DNA of 58,443 nucleotides, the filler included, from Sphacelaria rigidula (lineage: Eukaryota), in NCBI GenBank assembly GCA_964200075.2. It is 4 parts of 4 records of this genome, joined end to end, with 100 filler letters (N's around TTAATTAATTAA, not from the genome) between each part and the next. Parts side by side here need not be neighbours in the genome. Positions count along the whole stretch, not along the records: positions 43,909 to 58,443 come from CAXNAA020002199.1; 3 more parts are not named here. One strand, given 5' to 3'. The position numbers and the translations under genes were made by a program. The notes beneath the pieces are model-generated. The model saw only the letters and a list, made by a program, of their open reading frames with translations. It made no database searches and had not been told where the DNA came from. Shown in pieces: positions 51,901 through 58,443 of the stretch. Each line of letters opens with the position of its first letter. Position 1 is the first letter of the stretch.

Positions 51901-53579
51901 TACCGAGCATGCCGACTTGAACTGCGATTGATTAATTTTTGTTCTGCGATGTACGAAAGAACGCAGCGATGACCTTCGACTAATGCCTTGTCTTCCGACC
52001 CAGGCAAAATTCCCTGTGGGAAAAATATACTCGAGCGTCGAGATGCGGACAAACCATTATTATTCCAGCAGCTCGTAATCTCTTGGTGTGATTGATTTTG
52101 TCTCACAGTCGCCAGATGACCGTCAGTTTCTTCGACTCAAAGTCGAGATTTCGTGTCTTGCGAGTAGTTGGACGCATCAACTAAGAGTGACGGAGACTCA
52201 AGTGGCTGGCGCGATCTGCCTACGGTGGAACGATCGGGCCCCGACTGCGGCGCAAGTTGAAAACCCCGGGATGGACCTGCTGAAAACAAAACCACCTGGC
52301 CATCATCCGTGTGAGTTACCTAGCACCCTCTGACTCACAATATTCCATGTCGGGAAAAGACCTGATCGCACGCACAAATACACAGACACCAGGCAGGGGA
52401 ACGGGAAGGTCTGTGTCAGCAGAACGGACAAAAAAGGCCGGATGCTACCACATCCTGTATTGTGTACGGCAGCAGCATGTGCAGAGCTGTTTGAGGCACC
52501 GAGTCCGGTACCGTTGTAATGCGTGAGAGGACCGCGTGCTCAGAGGACCGCGCCGTAGTTCAAAATACCTCAGGATCGACGTTTTTCAAAACCAATCGGG
52601 TCAGTCCCTGCAGGTACCACGCCCCTGACCCTAACCCTAACACTAACCCTAACCCTAACCCTAACCATAACATAACACTAACCCTAACCCTAACCCTAAC
52701 CATAGGGATGTTCAAATTCAGATGCGGTCCTCTAAGCACGCGGTCCTCTCACGCATTACACCGTGTTGTCAAGATGTCTACAATCCCGTTTAGAACCGCT
52801 CTTTGTTCCCACAGGGACTGTATTCGGGACTGTGTGAAAGTCCCACAATACATGTTGGCAATGGACAACTAAAGGGGCAAGATGATTCACGCGTAATCTG
52901 CGTTGTTGTGCAGTCTCGCGGACCGCTCACTACATAATGTATAGGCAACGCTTAGTGATAAGAATGGCAAGCTCCATCGTTGCCATCGTTACCATGTCGC
53001 TGTGCGACAGGATGTTTTGGAACCGACTGCAATTACGTGGGCGCGAAAAAACGTACCCCCATTACAACTTTAATATATTCTCCAGATCGCGTCCAGTGAA
53101 ATATATTGTTATGCGACGCCGACACCACCAGCGAAAGACAAACGATGCGTTGAGACGATGAAACTCGAAAAGCGCTGCTGGCAGTCTTAGCCAGATCTTG
53201 AGCTATGACGTGCACTGTGCAAGGATTTATCAGTCAAGGGAAAGAGTATGGCCGTCTGCGCACACGCGCATAAGCTTACATAACTAAGTGTGGGCGCAAG
53301 ATCTATGTGTGCATTAAAGATATTACGATGAGCAAAGTATCGTGCGACGCATTTTCAAAGTCAGACATTCAGCAACGGTCGACCCCGGATCCATGCTCTA
53401 GATGGGGTAGGCACGATAGCGCCATCCAACACTCACCATGACTGGAACACAGGGGTGAACCAGAACTGCCGCGAGACTGGTGCCATCAAGTAGGCGTGGG
53501 ATTTCACCTCAGTAGGCGCCTGTAATGCCAGTAGGCCGGTCACACTGAGAGCGGCTTGTACGGAAGACGTAGATACCAT
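45983..53579 (-). CDS. Secreted lytic polysaccharide monooxygenase (AA15/AA10-like) with Pro/Thr linker and two CBM1 modules, 488 aa
   Basis: Nine GT-AG exons: 53579-53437, 52361-52339, 51764-51559, 51020-50904, 49402-49111, 48717-48544, 48212-47848, 46557-46477 and 46048-45983 (1467 nt, in frame to TGA). Signal peptide MVSTSSVQAALSVTGLLALQAPTEVKS is followed by His (HAYLMAPVSRQ). Motifs: CPHC, GVCGDP, STWHYGHLEFFIC, LPEGLTCDRCILQMVYYTGNSC, EEFWNCADI. CBM1-like modules: YEQCGGEGFEGTGCC..C..YSEC and WEQCGGIDWTGPKCC..C..NQWYSQC. Confidence 0.92.
46852..47772. mobile_element. Non-autonomous DNA element in LPMO intron 7
   Basis: Perfect 16-bp TIR GAGTCTTTCTACGATA plus C-runs, and an internal direct repeat (~47125-47177 vs ~47588-47638). 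No clear TSD. Confidence 0.65.
49975..50585. mobile_element. Old MITE-like element in LPMO intron 4
   Basis: Imperfect ~75-bp inverted repeats at ~49988-50060 and ~50500-50575 (ATCGCG.TGAGGTT...GTGTAAATAGTTT). Confidence 0.55.
52515..52760. mobile_element. 246-bp MITE with TGT...ACA ends, 4-bp TSD and internal telomeric repeats (LPMO intron 1)
   Basis: 37-bp TIRs at 52515-52551 and 52724-52760 with one mismatch. CCGT is duplicated at 52511-52514 and 52761-52764. A (CCCTAA)n array lies inside. Confidence 0.88.
52623..52704 (+). repeat. Interstitial telomeric repeat (CCCTAA)n
   Basis: About 13 perfect or degenerate CCCTAA units. Confidence 0.92.
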
Positions 53580-55739
53580 GATGTCGGAAGACAAAACGGA
53601 GACTCGAAGGAATAATCCCTTGCCGATTTGCCACTACTGCTGGTGGTGGATTGTATGAAGGAAAAGTTGGGTCGGTGTGTTGTGCGTTGTTGCTGAGTTG
53701 CGCTGGAGGTGTCGCTGAGGTCGTGAAGGTAAGTGTGATTGAGGTGGGTGGGTGTGAGGGTTGTGGGGCTTGAGTTTAGCTAATTTGCCGTTCAGGGTTC
53801 TTCTACGGGTTGCGGTGGTATTTCGGCAAAACTCGCGATAACTTTCACGCTGTCGGCCTCGAAAAAAAGTTCGAAATCTGTTCTTTTCCTCAAACGTGGC
53901 GGTTGAACCTTTGCGAGGCGAGATAAACGGCTGCCACTACAGGTACGGGTGGTCTTGGTCTGTTCTAATTTGTTGTCACGGGCGTATTGGTCCGCTGATA
54001 AATCAGTAGACCGGAGAGACATATTTACTCTGACAACAATATTAAAAAACTTGTACATACGAATGCAGCCCGTGTACCATCTCGGGTGTAGTTGCCTTTG
54101 GCCAGGGTAATGGCTAGCTTAGGACCATCATTATCGACACTGTTTCCCTGGGGATAACTGAAATTTTGCGTTTTCAGACACGACGTTCAGCCTTCTCCGA
54201 AAATGAAGCGGCTTGATTTCTCCTCCGAAGCTTCGCGTGAGGAGAAGTCCGAACATTTCGGAATGCAACGCAACACCTCACAGAGCTGCTCTGTGAGCAC
54301 GTCGTGGCGCTCGCAATTGTGCGAAAGTCATCAGCAACCTTGCTAATAATGACACCCTGAGCCATGTTGCAAAGTAGAAAGCTCCGTGGATTGGCGGTGT
54401 CCATCTTCTTAGATGGTGTGTGCGTCGGCAGCGGTGGTTGAGCTGTTGGGGTCGAGTACGGTGGTCGCCGTTTGCGGACATGCGCACTTTCGAAGTGAAG
54501 AGAAGCAGAAAAAATACAGTAGCAACCTACTTGTCTGCTGTGCTGCTACAAGTGTACGCTACCGCACCGCCTGTGAAGTCTATAGCTGATGGGGTGGTGG
54601 GTGTATCTGCGCATACAGCTGACAGAAAGCAAGCATCCTGTAAATTGTGCACTGAATTTTTTACAGTCGGTATTTTTACTTGTGTGAGCCGCTGCTGCAT
54701 TCCGGGAGGGCCGGCCGATTGCGCCCTTGCCTTTCCGACTGCTCCCGCGTTTCACCGAGAGATTGCGAGAAGTATGTTTACCCGTAGGTTTGAACGCCAT
54801 ATACGGGCAGGTAGCAGCATCCTCTCCCTCATATTGCCGGCGAAGGCAAGCCAACGACGAGATCAGCACTGCGCCTGTGAATAGATGTTCAACAACAACT
54901 GCAGAACTCGATACTAATACGAGTAGGCCGTTTGGAGCTCCGAAAAAGTTGAAGACTTCTCTAGAAAAACATGTCTTCGATAATAGTAGTGGGTATTACT
55001 CATTGATTTCGGCAAACCCTAGCAGGACACATCTACCGAGTCATTGGGTGGAAGGGTGAAAGAGAGAACAAGGGCGACACCGGATGGATGAAAGGGGAAG
55101 AGGACTAACGCATCGTATTCTCGGCAGGGTCGCCGCTGAATCTGGTTGGGACCATTCCCATGCCTCGCAGCGTGTAGCATCTGCGTACCCGTCAGGCATG
55201 TTACTTGAGGAGTTGGCCTCGTAATTGTGCGTATCCTTCAATGAATGGTGTATAACCGCGTGCTCACCCGTATGACATATTACGTGAGGACTTAGCTTGT
55301 TCATACCCCTGAATGGTGTTGTCACCCGCTCACAAGCTTATTTATTCGTGCTCAAAAACAAGCATGCGGTCTCCTTCTGCGTCATCATCCTGTTTACTAC
55401 GTGGTACCCTATCCATCCATTCATTCCTAATTTTGGTTCCTTGAACTTTGCGTTTGAACTGAAAATAGGAATAAATGTCCAACCGCACCGTCAAAATTAG
55501 GCCCCCTTGGTATGCGCGACGAACTCTGTATATCACGAACCCTGTTTTTTCTGTCGCAGGCCTGCTTGTTGATTCTCTGTAGCTCTTCATTCATTCAAGT
55601 ATAAAATGTGTTCTAGACACACGAGGACGGACTCCTCACGGTTTTACGCGCATGACGAGAGGCATGCATCCTCAACACGTACAATACCACCTGTTGCATA
55701 TACTGTACTTAAAGTGTGGTACTCTGGTGAAGTAGTGTA

Positions 55740-55766
55740 GTGTGTGTGTGTGTGTGTGTGTGTGTG
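55740..55766 (+). repeat. (GT)n microsatellite
   Basis: Read directly from the sequence. Confidence 0.9.
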
Positions 55767-55875
55767 CATCACTTGTTATGCATGACATGTTCCATAATGC
55801 ACAGGGCATACATATACTGTTAAACTTCACTACATTTTAGATACGGGAGTGAATTGATTTAACAATGGAGCTCGT

Positions 55876-55880
<5 letters not shown>

Positions 55881-55914
<34 letters not shown>
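55881..55914 (+). repeat. (GA)n microsatellite
   Basis: Read directly from the sequence. Confidence 0.9.
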
Positions 55915-55917
<3 letters not shown>

Positions 55918-58443
55918 TGCCCGCGCAGTTTTATGATTGGTCCATTTTTTTATGGCATACAGATAGTACAGAAGTACGCAGGGCGCGGTGAAGCGACACA
56001 GCACACCCACCCGTTCCCTCACTATCTTGTTGTGATTACGGAGTATTCAGCAAATTCGTCGGCCATGCAGGGCCATGCCTACAACAATGAACAATCGATG
56101 TCACGCAATCGGTCGATCAAAGAAAATCACGCACGAATAGAGCTGGCCCGCGTGATCGAACCTCATCATAGCACACCCACTCCAAATCCATCCCGTTAGC
56201 CAAGCAGTCCCGTAGATGGATATTCTGTCGTCGGCTGCAAAACACATCGATCAAGCAAGTAACTCAGCGTGGCGTAGGGCCGGAGGAGCACATTGATCGG
56301 CACATCCTTGGCTGCCCACATGTATGGAGCGTAAATTTCTCAGTTGGCCTACCTGCACGCTGGCTCGTGAGAGCCTGGTGTATTGATGCTATTAGATATC
56401 TACCATGCGCTACTGGTCCCGTGACCTGTATACGTCCTTCACCCGTGTGCACACTGCAGACCTCGTTCGTATCTTTGTCCGTGGGTATCAATCCCAGAGA
56501 GCTAGTACCTACCTTGAAATCAAGGGTACTCGTATGCCCAACTAGAAAATGACCATCGACTGACTCCCTTCAGTGGGTCATGACTCGTGTTCTGCACGCG
56601 TATTTTGGAGGTATTTCTCAAACTTCGTGTACAAAGGTTATGACGAAAGAACCGCTCTTTGGTCATCACCTTCGTTGGCGTACGAGGCGCATTTTCGGAA
56701 GCAGCTGAGCCCCAGTGAAGGGCGCTATGGCATCAGCAAAGGTGAGTTGCAATTTCTCGCTTAACTCACTCCGTTTTCCTGGAGGAATGTTTATCGCGTT
56801 TCACATTTTCCGGCAGTTTTTGCTGTGGAACACGGAGTCTAGGTATAATAGGTTGTTTCGTCTTCCGGTCAGTAGAAGCACAGCAGCGCTGCCGTGCTGC
56901 TCTATGTTACTGGCTCCTGCACTGTAGCTTCACGGACTGCACGGTACTGACTGTGATGTGCTGTGCTGTACTCTAACGTACTGTACCTACTGAAGTGCAG
57001 GAACTCTCTCTCTTTTTCCTGTACAGTAGTCACCTTTCTCTGCTGTACCGCAGAAGCATACTCTTGCGCCGCCTAGATTGGCCGAGAAAGGGGTCACTCA
57101 ATTTTCCCCGAATATATACCTTATACGGAGTACTAAGGATTAGAGCTGTAAACCTCTTGAATGTACACAACAGTTCCGTCCTACACTGCTACGCAATCAG
57201 AGATTTTCAGCAAGGCTTGAGGTTGTGCAGTGCTTCGCTTTTGTTGAGACGCCAGAATACGTCCCCTAGCATCCCAAGTGCTTTGAAAAAAATCGCGCAT
57301 TGGGATTGGTGCGGATCAACTCATTTCCAAGGTCCGCAGAACAGGATGTGCTGGGTGCATCTGGTGTGTGAAAAGGTGATGTGGCGCACGGTACGGTCAG
57401 GCTAGGATCACTTATCCCAAAATCGAAGAAGTGTATGGTAAATTAAATTTGGGGCACCGTCAAATATTAAAAACTAAACTCTGTGCAGGAGTGGGGAGCA
57501 TTATGCGCGTCGTTGGTTCCTTGCGACGATGGCCGAAGCCTCCAGCTTGCAAGCAAGCTTTACGACAGGCTTTACCGTTGTACTCTGTACCGTATCTATC
57601 ATTTTTGGTTGTGCGATCAGACTCGTATTCGATGATCAGACTCGTATTCGCTCATCGCAGGATGGGCTTCAGCTGATTCACTTTCTTGAGTTGACCGTTC
57701 AAGTACGGTACCGTAATCTGCGCAGGATGCTTGAGCCCGAAGTTTAGCAAGCGTCGCTGTGCATATATTAGACACAGTCGGACAGTGAGTGTGACTTATC
57801 CTATCCGGGCGGTGTGTAAGTAGGTTGTAGCTTCTCACTCGGAAAGGGTACGGAGTGTGCGGAGCCGCGACGTGGACTTGAATAGGACAGACTTTGCAAC
57901 TCCGTTTGGGTTGAGGTACAGAATGACGGGGCGGGGATGCACCAACGAGGAGGCATCTTGACGCGGGACAGTGACGCTCCCAAACTGGCGATTGGATGAT
58001 GACAGTCCCAGGGTGACAGACCTGGGAAGACGGCCCGGGTTGACTAGCCCGGGGCTATTAGTAAGCGGGTCGGGTCATACAGAGGTCATGATAACACATA
58101 TTCATATTTAGTTTAGTTCATGCTTTCAGCGCTCGGGAGCTTTGAATATTCCGACAGCTGCTGTTGTTTACATGTGAACAAGCCCCAGCATCCCAGTGAT
58201 TTGTCTTGTTGCAGTCGAGCGAGCAAGCGCTTCTTGAGTGCCCACGAGAAGTGTATTGGTTGCTGTGGAGTAGATCCCCAATGTGTGAAGTTCGCCAATA
58301 CTTACGGTGCAGGCACCGACCGGCACATATTCTTGTGTACCTGCTAACTGTACAGTGTTATTCCTTTCAATAATATGGAGGCGGTGTTTTTGGAGATTAG
58401 GTGCCCCAACACAGTACACCAGGCGTCTGATGATACTGAAACT

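Noticed and set aside
52623-52704. True chromosome end
   Set aside because: The array is short, degenerate, enclosed by TIRs and inside an intron.
2399-53579. LRR + LPMO defence gene cluster
   Set aside because: The genes lie on different concatenated contigs, so adjacency is an artefact.
56570-58420. Scattered exon-like segments at the window end
   Set aside because: Strand and frame are ambiguous and there is no recognisable product.

Overview
Eukaryotic, intron-rich DNA. It is most likely from a brown alga (Phaeophyceae), an inference from gene architecture, gene families and TTAGGG repeats. The window is not contiguous: three artificial 100-bp linkers (N44-TTAATTAATTAA-N44) split it into four segments of 14536, 14536, 14536 and 14535 bp, which look like unrelated length-sorted contigs. 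Segment 1 carries a minus-strand LRR gene in which each repeat is its own phase-2 exon (mostly 72 nt), followed by a Cys-rich module; its 5' end is unresolved. Segment 2 is almost all transposon debris: two decayed Gypsy retroelements, AT-rich non-autonomous DNA elements and a (GTTTT)n tract. Segment 3 has the first two exons of eIF3d. Its ~7-kb intron 1 holds a Copia remnant and a 210-nt near-perfect hairpin. A divergent Ser/Ala/Pro-rich gene in the same segment has a Nup1/Nup153-like tail. Segment 4 has a complete 9-exon secreted AA15-like LPMO with a Pro/Thr linker and two CBM1 modules; its introns carry MITEs, one filled with telomeric repeats. All gene models were spliced by hand from GT-AG sites and phase compatibility. 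No database search was run.
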